Shown in pieces: positions 39,840-48,286 of a stretch of 64,000 bases of DNA. The notes under the pieces are model-generated. The model ran no database searches. It was not told where the DNA came from and saw nothing but the letters and a program-made list of their open reading frames with translations. The DNA is from an uncultured Chthonomonadaceae bacterium (lineage in GTDB: Bacteria > Armatimonadota > Chthonomonadetes > Chthonomonadales > Chthonomonadaceae), in assembly GCA_963835065.1 (NCBI GenBank), contig CAWIEK010000049.1, positions 160,001 to 224,000 of the forward strand. Reading direction: 5' to 3'. The stretch's first letter is position 1. Each line of letters opens with the position of its first letter. The position numbers and the translations under genes are program-made.

Positions 39840-41238
39840 ATGAGTGAGCATCAGGATAATAACAAGACGACGCGGCGCGTGTTTCTGCGCAACGCGGCGG
39901 TGGGTACGGCAGGAGTTGTAGCGATGAGCAGCATGCCCACGACGGCAGAAGCTATGCGCCGCGTTTTGGGCGCAAACAACCGCATCAACATCGGGCATAT
40001 CGGCGTGGGCACGCAGGGCTATACCGCGCACGTTCGCCTGCTCAACCAGGGTTCGGCGGACAACAACACGGCGCAAATCGCTGTTTGCGATTTGTACGGA
40101 CGCCGCATCAAGCGGGCGCAGAACGAGCTGAAACTTCAGGACAGCCAGGCGTTTACCAACCACAAGAAGCTGCTGGAAATCAAGGACATTGACGCGGTTG
40201 TGATCGCCACCTCGGACAACTGGCACGCTCCCTGCGCCATTGACGCTTTGAACGCAGGCAAGCACGTGTACGTGGAAAAGCCCCTTTGCCGCACCATTGA
40301 CGAAGTTTTCGCGGTTTACGATACGGTGAAGAAGACGGGCAAGAAATTGCAGGTCGGGGCGCAGCGCGTCACGTCGCCCAAGTACCGGGCGGTTGCCGAA
40401 CTGGTGAAGTCGGGCAAGTACGGGCATATCGTTGTCGGGCAGGCAACCTTTACCCGCAATACGCCCGGCGGGCGAATGGAACAACTACGGCGAGTTCGAT
40501 CTGGACGCGGGACCGACCGCGACGGGCGACGCGCATGTGGATTGGGACACGTTCCGCAAGGGAGCCGAGCCTGCCAAGTGGGACCCGGATCGCTATTTCC
40601 GCTGGCGCAAGTATTACGAGTATGCGTCCGGCTTGATTGGCGACTTGTTCCCGCATCACCTGCACCCCCTGATGGTTGCCATGAACCTTCCGATGGAGGG
40701 GGATAAGGGCTGGCCGCGCCGTGTGTCTTCGGGCGGTGGCTTGTACGTGCAGAAGTATGTGGAAGTGGATCGCTTCCCGGAAGCTGACGCGAAGAAAGAG
40801 AAAGAGTATCTCGCCAAGTACCATCCGGGCCAAACCAGAGTGCTGGATCGGGAGATTCCCGACTTTGTCAACATGAGCGTGGATTTCGACGACTGCTCCC
40901 TGATGATGATGGCGTCGTCTATCAATGAAGAGGGCTGGCCGACGACCATTCGCATGAACAAAGCCAACATCAACTTCGGCAGCAACAAAATCGTGGTGAA
41001 GCCGGAGCGCGTGTACTCGGAAGAAGTGGATGATTACACGGCGGATGTGGTGGGCGAAGACGACAACATTCCGGGCCATCAGAAGAACTGGCTGGAAAGC
41101 ATTCGCAACAACACGCAGCCGTATGGCAACATCGAACTGGCGGCGCGGGCGCAGGTGGCGGTGACGCTGGCGGAACTGTCGCAGCGCAACAGCAAGACCT
41201 ATACGTTCGATCCGAAGACCCGCAAGTTTAGCGGATAG
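39840..41238 (+). CDS. Tat-exported Gfo/Idh/MocA oxidoreductase (apparent frameshift near 40470)
   Basis: TRRVFL Tat motif, IGVGTQG and YVEKP; continues in ORF 40432..41238 (WRKYYEYASG..DLFPH). Confidence 0.88.
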
Positions 41239-41239
41239 G

Positions 41240-41293
41240 ACCTCACCCCAACCCCTCTCCTGGCCGCGCTACGCGCTAGGAGAGGGGTTTTTT
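41240..41293 (+). repeat. REP-like palindromic element, copy B (followed by a T run; may terminate transcription)
   Basis: acctcaccccaacccctctcctggccgcgctacgcgctaggagaggggtttttt. Confidence 0.85.
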
Positions 41294-41322
41294 GTTTATT
41301 AAGGTATAACTATAAGGCGGGA

Positions 41323-42297
41323 ATGTTGGCGGAGCAAGTGCAGGTACAATTATCACATCGGGCGATGGGTACGTACTTTGAGGTTGTGCTGATCGGGCAG
41401 AAGGAAGATTATCTGCGCGGCGTGGCCGAAGAAGTAATGCGCGAGATTGACCGATGGGAGCAGAAACTCAGTTATTACCGGGAAGACAGCCTTGTACGGC
41501 AAATCAATGCGGAAGCGGCGTATCATCCGGTGTACCTTGATCCCTCGACTTTTGCGCTGCTCATGCGGGCGCGGCAGTTGCACGAATGGACGGATGGCAC
41601 GTTTGATATTACGGTTGCGCCTTTGATGCGGTGTTGGGGATTTGTCGGAGCAAGCGGGGAAATGCCTTCGGAGGAAGCGATTGCGCAGGCGCGGGCAGTG
41701 GTCGGCATGGAGCATGTCGCGCTGGATGCCGACAATCATACGATAGCGTTTGACCGGGCAGGCGTGGAAATTGATTTAGGGTCTATCGGCAAAGGGTTTG
41801 CTATCGAGCGCGCGGTTCAGATTTTGGAAGAGTACGAGATTGAAAACGCGCTGATACATGGGGGAACGAGCGCAGTTTACGGGTTGGGCACGCCGCCGGA
41901 TGCAGAACATTGGAAAATTGCTTTGCAAAAACCGTTCGGGGAAGAAGGACAGACGCTTGGCGTTGTCGAACTTTCTAACAACAGCTTGAGCGTTTCGGCT
42001 CCGCATGGCAAGTGGTTTGCATCGGGCGGAAAGCGGTACGGGCATGTGCTTGATCCGCGTACCGGGTATCCGATAAGCCGCAATCTGCTGGCGGCGATTG
42101 TATTGCCGTCGCCGACGGATGGCGACGCGCTTTCCACAGGCTTACTCACGCTTGGGCCTGCGTTCCTGACGCGCCTGCAATCTGTCTTCCCGGATGTACG
42201 CGCATTGGTGGCGGTTGAAACGGAAGGGGAAGAAATGGCTATTTATTCCGAAGGAATTTCGCTTTCCGCTTCCACAGCATTGCCCAAAGTGGGGTAA
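41323..42297 (+). CDS. apbE: FAD:protein FMN transferase ApbE
   Basis: AMGTYF, GTFDITV, IDLGSIGKGF, GHVLDPRTGYP and DALST motifs. Confidence 0.93.
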   Translation: MLAEQVQVQLSHRAMGTYFEVVLIGQKEDYLRGVAEEVMREIDRWEQKLSYYREDSLVRQINAEAAYHPVYLDPSTFALLMRARQLHEWTDGTFDITVAPLMRCWGFVGASGEMPSEEAIAQARAVVGMEHVALDADNHTIAFDRAGVEIDLGSIGKGFAIERAVQILEEYEIENALIHGGTSAVYGLGTPPDAEHWKIALQKPFGEEGQTLGVVELSNNSLSVSAPHGKWFASGGKRYGHVLDPRTGYPISRNLLAAIVLPSPTDGDALSTGLLTLGPAFLTRLQSVFPDVRALVAVETEGEEMAIYSEGISLSASTALPKVG

Positions 42298-42347
42298 ACT
42301 GTAGAAGAGTAAAAACGTGAAGCGCGAAAGCAATGGAAGCCGGAGCA

Positions 42348-42454
42348 GAACTTAACTCGTTGCTCAACGTCAAATGAATTGCGTGGCGCAAACGTATGAA
42401 TGAGTAAGGATGCCGTTGCAATTCGCGGCACTTTTCGCCGGTGTGGTCGTCTAA
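42348..42454 (+). promoter_or_regulatory. Two tandem ECF (sigmaE-like) promoter candidates
   Basis: GAACTT-16-TCAAA (42348-42374) and GCACTT-16-TCTAA (42428-42454). Confidence 0.5.
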
Positions 42455-42501
42455 TACGTTAGAGAAATTAACTGTTCGCTGTGTTGTCAAGGAGGTCTGC
42501 A

Positions 42502-43182
42502 ATGATGAACGGGGGTTCGCCGATGCCTTCTATGGTCGCCAATGCGTCTCAGGACGTGCGTATGGCGTTCGTGCGCAAGGTATACGGCATGTTTTTCGCT
42601 TCCATTCTGGTGTCGGTGATTACCGGTTTTCTCACCATCCAAAGTGAAGATTCTTTGATAATGGCATGGGATAACCACAACGCGCTGTGGTTCATCGGCC
42701 TGCTTATCGTCCTGAGTTTTCGCTGGACGAAGCGGATTCCGGGTCTGAACCTGTTTATGCTGTATGTGTTCAGCGCAATTTGGGGCGTAATCCTTGGCCC
42801 GCTGTTCTTTATCTACAATCGGATGGCACCGGGACTGCCCTTAGAAGCGGGCGTACTGACGACGGCTGTGTTTGGCGGCCTGACGCTGTACGTGATGTTC
42901 ACGCGACAGGATTTTAACTTCCTGGGTGGGTTCCTGTTTGTCGCTCTGCTCGGCCTGATTGTCGCCGGCCTGTTGATGTTCTTCTTCAACATCGCCGCGA
43001 TGACGACGCTGTACTGCATTGTCGGCGTGTTGATCTTTGCGGGCTTCGTGCTGTACGACACGTCCAACATTCTGACCCGCCTGCGCTACGATGAGGCTCC
43101 GCTCGGCGCGCTGGAACTGTACCTGGACTTCCTGAACCTGCTGCTGTTCATCCTGCGCCTGCTGGGTGGCAACCGCCGGTAG
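42502..43182 (+). CDS. Bax inhibitor-1/YccA family membrane protein
   Basis: FVRKVY, LYDTSNI and LYLDFLNL motifs; SD aggagg. Confidence 0.92.
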   Translation: MMNGGSPMPSMVANASQDVRMAFVRKVYGMFFASILVSVITGFLTIQSEDSLIMAWDNHNALWFIGLLIVLSFRWTKRIPGLNLFMLYVFSAIWGVILGPLFFIYNRMAPGLPLEAGVLTTAVFGGLTLYVMFTRQDFNFLGGFLFVALLGLIVAGLLMFFFNIAAMTTLYCIVGVLIFAGFVLYDTSNILTRLRYDEAPLGALELYLDFLNLLLFILRLLGGNRR

Positions 43183-43227
43183 TCTCAGCCTGTACAAGTT
43201 CATGCAGAAGACACTGTAGAACGTAAG

Positions 43228-43272
43228 AAAACGCGGCAGCAACAAATTACTGTTGCTGCCGCGTTTTGTTTT
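43228..43272. terminator. Bidirectional intrinsic terminator
   Basis: aaaacgcggcagcaaca-aattac-tgttgctgccgcgtttt between convergent genes. Confidence 0.85.
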
Positions 43273-43328
43273 GAAATGGAAGTGGTTGGGTTTCCACTGG
43301 TCACAACTGCGTGACGAACGATAGTTGA

Positions 43329-43553
43329 TTATTGAACTTCAAAAAGACTTTTAGGCAGCCCGGATTGCCGAATGATCTTGTTCAATGTTCCTATAGCCAT
43401 TTCCCGATGCAGAGGAACAGGAACCGTAATCGTAGTTCCCGGCAATTTCTTCTGGATAGAAACATGATCGCCTGACTGACGATCTCGTTGAAAACCTTGC
43501 GATTTCAAGATTTCACAGACCTCAGCGCCCGACAACACTCGGAGTTTGCCCAT
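43329..43553 (-). CDS. hicA: HicA-family toxin
   Basis: MGKLRVLSGAEV..GF..RQSGDH..VPLHRE..GTL..IIRQSG. Confidence 0.9.
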   Translation of the reverse strand: MGKLRVLSGAEVCEILKSQGFQRDRQSGDHVSIQKKLPGTTITVPVPLHREMAIGTLNKIIRQSGLPKSLFEVQ

Positions 43554-43815
43554 AGGGAACCTCAATTCGCGTGATGTAAATGTTCGGAAGGTTCCTGCGA
43601 AACTCCGGGATGCTGTTCTCCAATTCGCTTTGAGAGGCTGTTTCAAGCCAGAGAGTGAGAGCCTCCGCCAGATTTGCTTTTGCCTCCTCAACCGTAACAC
43701 CCTGGCTGGCAATATCAACTTGATGGCAGGAAGCAACGTAAATCTTCTCACCATTGCTAAGTTCTTCCTGTTCAACCGTCACGTCAAATACCATTGTGGG
43801 AGAATTTGTGGACAT
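43522..43815 (-). CDS. hicB: HicB-family antitoxin (short form)
   Basis: YVASC..IASQGVTVEEAKANLAEALTLWLE; overlaps the hicA start. Confidence 0.88.
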   Translation of the reverse strand: MSTNSPTMVFDVTVEQEELSNGEKIYVASCHQVDIASQGVTVEEAKANLAEALTLWLETASQSELENSIPEFRRNLPNIYITRIEVPYGQTPSVVGR

Positions 43816-44002
43816 AACTTGATACCTCATCACACCATCAGGCACAATCATACTTACAGTGTATCAATAAACTGGCCTCTTGTTAAATTTGCAGGCAGGT
43901 TCTTCGCGTGTAAGCAGAGCAGGACGGTGTAAGTTTGATAAAGCGTGGAAGCAGGGTGAAACATGATGGTAATGGTGAATAGTAGAGATGAAGGAGACGT
44001 AA

Positions 44003-44329
44003 TTGGCTGACGGCGGGGTTGCCATTTGCATATTGATCACACTGGCGTTCGGCGTCTTTATTGCTTGGGGACGAACGGCAGCAGGGCAGAAAGCGCTGCG
44101 CCAAACGTTTGGTGATAGCCAACCTAAACGGGTAGCTGCGCCGCAACGTGGTAAAGCACGGCCTGTGGGAACGAAGGCGGCAGGGCAGTCGCAGCCCAAG
44201 CCGACAACCAAGCCAACAACAAGGGCAAAGCCGCAAATATCCACCAGCAAAGCCAAAACTTCGGTTTCTAAATCTGCAATTGTAACTTCCAGTACCGGCA
44301 ACAAACCCCGTTCCAAACCTCGTTCCTGA
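44003..44329 (+). CDS. Small basic membrane-anchored hypothetical protein
   Basis: SD aaggag, TTG start, N-terminal TM helix, Lys/Pro-rich tail. Confidence 0.55.
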   Translation: MADGGVAICILITLAFGVFIAWGRTAAGQKALRQTFGDSQPKRVAAPQRGKARPVGTKAAGQSQPKPTTKPTTRAKPQISTSKAKTSVSKSAIVTSSTGNKPRSKPRS

Positions 44330-44332
44330 TAC

Positions 44333-44734
44333 TTAAGGCGTGGAAAGCTCGAAGTCATCGGGCTGTTGGGCGCAAAGCAGTTTTGTTATTTCCTTCAGCG
44401 TGTTTTCCTCAAAGAAGTGGGTTTGCAGTAGTTGCATAACCAACAATTCAGGCTGTCCCTCATACAAGCGTTCAATCAATTCGTTGGTAATTCCGGCTTG
44501 TATCTCTTCGCGGGACACGCCGGCGCGATACGCGAACATGCGCTTGCCGGGACGCGCTTCATGCGTCACCATTCCCTGTTTGGTCAGATTGGTCAGGACG
44601 GTCAGGACAGTGGTATAAGCGGGCGTCCGCTCCCCGGTCAGGTCTGCAATCACTTCATGCACCGTTGCTTCCCCGCGCTGCCAGAGGACGTTCATGATCG
44701 CCAGTTGCAGTTCTGCCCAGTTAATCATGCTCAT
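44333..44734 (-). CDS. BlaI/MecI/CopY-family transcriptional repressor
   Basis: IMNVLW..GEATVHEV..AYTTVLTVLTNL..G motif. Confidence 0.9.
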   Translation of the reverse strand: MSMINWAELQLAIMNVLWQRGEATVHEVIADLTGERTPAYTTVLTVLTNLTKQGMVTHEARPGKRMFAYRAGVSREEIQAGITNELIERLYEGQPELLVMQLLQTHFFEENTLKEITKLLCAQQPDDFELSTP

Positions 44735-44755
44735 GTAGGTTTTGTCCTGAAATTT

Positions 44756-47626
44756 CTAATGGTCGGGGAAATCGAGCGACTTGTCCTTGCTGTTTTTCTT
44801 TTCTTTCTTGAACTCGCGGATGGTGGCGGGATCCACGGGAAGCGGGCGGATGGTGGCGTTGGGAACGAAAGGCTTGTCCATAACGGCGATGGCGTCAATG
44901 GCAAAGCTATATTCGTGGGTAGCGGCAGCCGGGTCGGTGGCTTCAATGGACAGCGTGTTTTCACCCTTAGAGAGTTTGGCGCTGCCGAGCAGCACCCACC
45001 CGAAACGCTCGTTGAGATATAAGGGGCCGTGCGGACGGGCATCGGCCACATCTTTGTCTGCCTCGTTGTTGATGCGCCACTTGATGGGTGAAACAGTCGG
45101 TCCCGGCATGGTTCCGGCAAGCCAAATCTGATACGTGCCGTCCCGATTCACCGGGAATTTGTAATAGGCTTTGTAGCCAAGTCCGGGCAGGGGACGGTTG
45201 GGCGTGGACAGGCGGCGGTATGCGCCCTGACTGGCTTCAGGATGGCCGGCTTTTTCATTGAACAGGTTGATTTGATCCTGTTCGCCTTCAATCCAGATAT
45301 AGGGCTGCGCGTCGTTGGTCAGGATTTCCAGTTGATTACGCGCGATGTTGTACGCCGGCCCGTAATTCTTCTTGGCGTAATAGTCTTTGCCCTGATCAAG
45401 CGCAAGGCGAGAATTGTCCGCGCTGAACAGCTTTTGCAGTTTGGAAAGTTCGTACAGCGTGGCAAGCTGGAGCAGGGCGTCCTCGGCGGCTTCCATAGGA
45501 ACGGGCGGCAGGCTTTCTCCCAATTGAAGAATCGTTGGCGTGGTGTCTAAGGTGATTTCAACCGAATTTTTGGTCAGGATTTTTACGGGTACGGGAGAGC
45601 CATCGGGCGTATAAGCGCGTACAAGCGTGGGATTGGAAACCAGAAAATGAGTTTTGCGCTGACCAGTCAGGGAAAGCAGAACAGTGGATATCGGTTCTCC
45701 CGCAGTGCGCTGTATGTTGTAACCGGCGTAGGCAGGCCACAGGTCAATGGCGGACGGCTGTGTTTCCAGACTGTCGCCGGGGAAGATACCGGGAAGCCAG
45801 TACACTCCGGCGGTTCCGGGAATCAGGCCGGCGTGGGCGGGGCCGGAAGCATTATAAGGATAAAACAGGACGCGAGGGCGCATGGTGGCCGCGCTGCTAT
45901 CTTTTTGCAGGCCGCTGGCGTAGCTTTGGAGCGCGTTCAAACCGTCGGGACTGTTAATCCAGTCTGTGCCGTTCGCGCTGTTCTCCTGCGTTGGCGCAGC
46001 GCTTTGCAGTGGCGTCACGAAAAAGCCTTTGACACCGATGCGGCGCATTTCATCCAAATCGCGGGACAGAGTAAACTTGCCGGCATTTGCCTGCAAAGCG
46101 GATGGAGTTTGCACAGGCGTGTTCAGGGAAACGGCACTGACTTTCGGCCCGCCAGAGGCAGGGGAGGGAGTGAGGGAAGCGGGCGTGGCGCTTTCTTCCG
46201 TACACGCAAACCAGAGGGTATGCGTGGTTTGTTCCGCCTGACTGTAGGCGGGACCTAGCAAGCGGGCAATGCGGTGCGCGTCGTCCATCTGCGTGGCGAT
46301 GGCAAGGCCGTCAAAGCCGCCGTAGCGCGTTTCATTGGTGAAAAAGGAGCCGGACGGGTTATAAGTGTACACGATGGGAACGTTGGCGGCCTGCTTTTTC
46401 AGCACGTCGGCCAGCGAGTTCATGTAATAGTTGATGCTGGTGTCCCGGCAGGTTTGAAAATCGTTCCACCACTGCGAATTGGGAGCGGAGCGCGTTCCTT
46501 CCAGCATCCGGTGAAAGCGGCGGGTTTGCGGGTCATAGAAATACGGGCAGCCGGAATACGACCACAGGGGAACCAGACGAGATAAGTCGGCAAAGGATTT
46601 GAAACGATCCATCAGCGCCCATTTGCCCCGCGCTTCTTCCGGGCTGGCATAGCGGCGGCGCAGGTAACTTTCCCATTCTAGCCGGAAGGCAGGCGAATCG
46701 GGAATCAGAAACGGAAGTTCGCCATTCAAGCCTAAGTGACGCGCAAGCGGGTCAAGGAAGAACCGCAATCCCGCGCCCCATTTGATTTGCGATTGAAATG
46801 TAAGCAGGCGATCCCGGTAGCTGTCAAAATTGCTCCATACATCCGGCAATCGTCCGGCTTCCTGACCGGCAATGATCTTGTGCGGCAGGAGCATCACGTA
46901 GGGGCGTACAATGGTCGTGGGCGCTTCGATGGGAATGCTCAAAATGCCGTCATGTACGGGCACTTCCTGCGGTTCGCGGAAAATTTGGCTGTCGTTTGCG
47001 CCGTCGTACATTACAACAACGCCCTTATCCGTGTCCGGCGTGATCCATTCGGTTGTGAGCAGGGCTTCGGCGGTGAGGATGGGGCGAGCATCGGTTCGGT
47101 ACACGGAGGGTCGGACAACATAGCCGGAAAGGGGTTGCGTCATGCCGGGTCCGAACGAAACGCCGTAGCGGAATCCTTTGGCATCCAGATAGTCCAGCAA
47201 GCGCTGTACGGCGCTGACCGGAACATCGGCAAGCGGGCGATCCGGCCAGATGACAATATCGTGGATGTTGGCGGCAGTCAGAGTATTCAGGGCGCGTTGG
47301 TCGGCCTGCCAGTCGCTTTCCGAAGTGGAGGCAAAGGAGCGGGGCGCAAACGTGCCGCCGACGGGCAAATAGGGCGCTTTATCCCAGATAAGGGCATGGG
47401 CGGCATTGATCTGCCAGGGATGCTGCACATTGGCTTTGTCGGTGAACACGCCCTCGCTTGTCACTTTCGCTATCCGGCGCGGCGTAAGCGGGAGAGGAAC
47501 GGCCTGGGCGGACTTTTGCGTTTGCGCATAGCCTACAGTAGCGGAACCAAGCAGCGCGTAAGCAATAACGGACGTAAGCGCAGGAAGGACGCGAAAAACG
47601 CGGAGGCTAAATTGATTTTGGAGCAT
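44756..47626 (-). CDS. Large secreted hypothetical protein (glycoside-hydrolase-like N-terminal part, beta-sandwich C-terminus)
   Basis: Signal peptide; LIWDKAPYLPVG; C-terminal WIEGE..GTYQIWLAG..FAIDAI resembling a CBM. Confidence 0.65.
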   Translation of the reverse strand: MLQNQFSLRVFRVLPALTSVIAYALLGSATVGYAQTQKSAQAVPLPLTPRRIAKVTSEGVFTDKANVQHPWQINAAHALIWDKAPYLPVGGTFAPRSFASTSESDWQADQRALNTLTAANIHDIVIWPDRPLADVPVSAVQRLLDYLDAKGFRYGVSFGPGMTQPLSGYVVRPSVYRTDARPILTAEALLTTEWITPDTDKGVVVMYDGANDSQIFREPQEVPVHDGILSIPIEAPTTIVRPYVMLLPHKIIAGQEAGRLPDVWSNFDSYRDRLLTFQSQIKWGAGLRFFLDPLARHLGLNGELPFLIPDSPAFRLEWESYLRRRYASPEEARGKWALMDRFKSFADLSRLVPLWSYSGCPYFYDPQTRRFHRMLEGTRSAPNSQWWNDFQTCRDTSINYYMNSLADVLKKQAANVPIVYTYNPSGSFFTNETRYGGFDGLAIATQMDDAHRIARLLGPAYSQAEQTTHTLWFACTEESATPASLTPSPASGGPKVSAVSLNTPVQTPSALQANAGKFTLSRDLDEMRRIGVKGFFVTPLQSAAPTQENSANGTDWINSPDGLNALQSYASGLQKDSSAATMRPRVLFYPYNASGPAHAGLIPGTAGVYWLPGIFPGDSLETQPSAIDLWPAYAGYNIQRTAGEPISTVLLSLTGQRKTHFLVSNPTLVRAYTPDGSPVPVKILTKNSVEITLDTTPTILQLGESLPPVPMEAAEDALLQLATLYELSKLQKLFSADNSRLALDQGKDYYAKKNYGPAYNIARNQLEILTNDAQPYIWIEGEQDQINLFNEKAGHPEASQGAYRRLSTPNRPLPGLGYKAYYKFPVNRDGTYQIWLAGTMPGPTVSPIKWRINNEADKDVADARPHGPLYLNERFGWVLLGSAKLSKGENTLSIEATDPAAATHEYSFAIDAIAVMDKPFVPNATIRPLPVDPATIREFKKEKKNSKDKSLDFPDH

Positions 47627-47735
47627 AGTGGTGCAGCTTTCAAACGGATGGCAGACGACACAAGCCAACGCGAACAAACAGGCGTGACGTAAGGAACGCC
47701 TGTTGCCGCGTCAGTCGAGCAGGAGGAAGCGTTGA

Positions 47736-48086
47736 TTAATACTCGTCAATGGGCGAAAAGGCGATTACTGTGACGGTATCTTCCACGGAAATATCTTCGG
47801 AGTAGATGCGCCGCATGAGATGGAGCAAATCTTCCGTTGTGCGGAATTCCGGGTTTTCCTTTTGGATTTCACGCGGCGAAAGGGCGTCAATGGTTTTCAC
47901 TTCCACGCGGTCAACAATGGCGGTGAACAGCTTTTGCCGCCGTCCGAAGCGCGGGCCAATCGTAATCCAAACGACCTGCCCGGCGTCGTACTTGGCGGAT
48001 TTGTCACCCAGGCGGATGGTAACGGTTTTACGCCCATTGCGTAAAACGTCTTCATAGAACTCGCTATAGAAATTCAGAGCGTACAT
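47736..48086 (-). CDS. ASCH domain protein
   Basis: GRKTVTIR (GxKxxxxR) motif; 116 aa. Confidence 0.85.
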   Translation of the reverse strand: MYALNFYSEFYEDVLRNGRKTVTIRLGDKSAKYDAGQVVWITIGPRFGRRQKLFTAIVDRVEVKTIDALSPREIQKENPEFRTTEDLLHLMRRIYSEDISVEDTVTVIAFSPIDEY

Positions 48087-48206
48087 AAAGGACTTTCTTT
48101 GGTTTTATGAGATGCGTCCAGAACGGAGCATCGGTACATTGTCAAACTTAGGTTGAAAAAGTTAAACAATGATAGAGCCGCGTATAACAGATTGGTTTGA
48201 AACGCT

Positions 48207-48235
48207 ATCATAACACAAAACCAGTCGAACGTCAA
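48207..48235 (-). promoter_or_regulatory. Sigma-70 promoter for the ASCH gene
   Basis: Minus strand TTGACG-17 bp-TATGAT with TGn. Confidence 0.6.
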
Positions 48236-48286
48236 CTCTGAATCGAATTGTTAGACGCTTTGAGCAGGCTTTGTAGTTCGGAAGGC

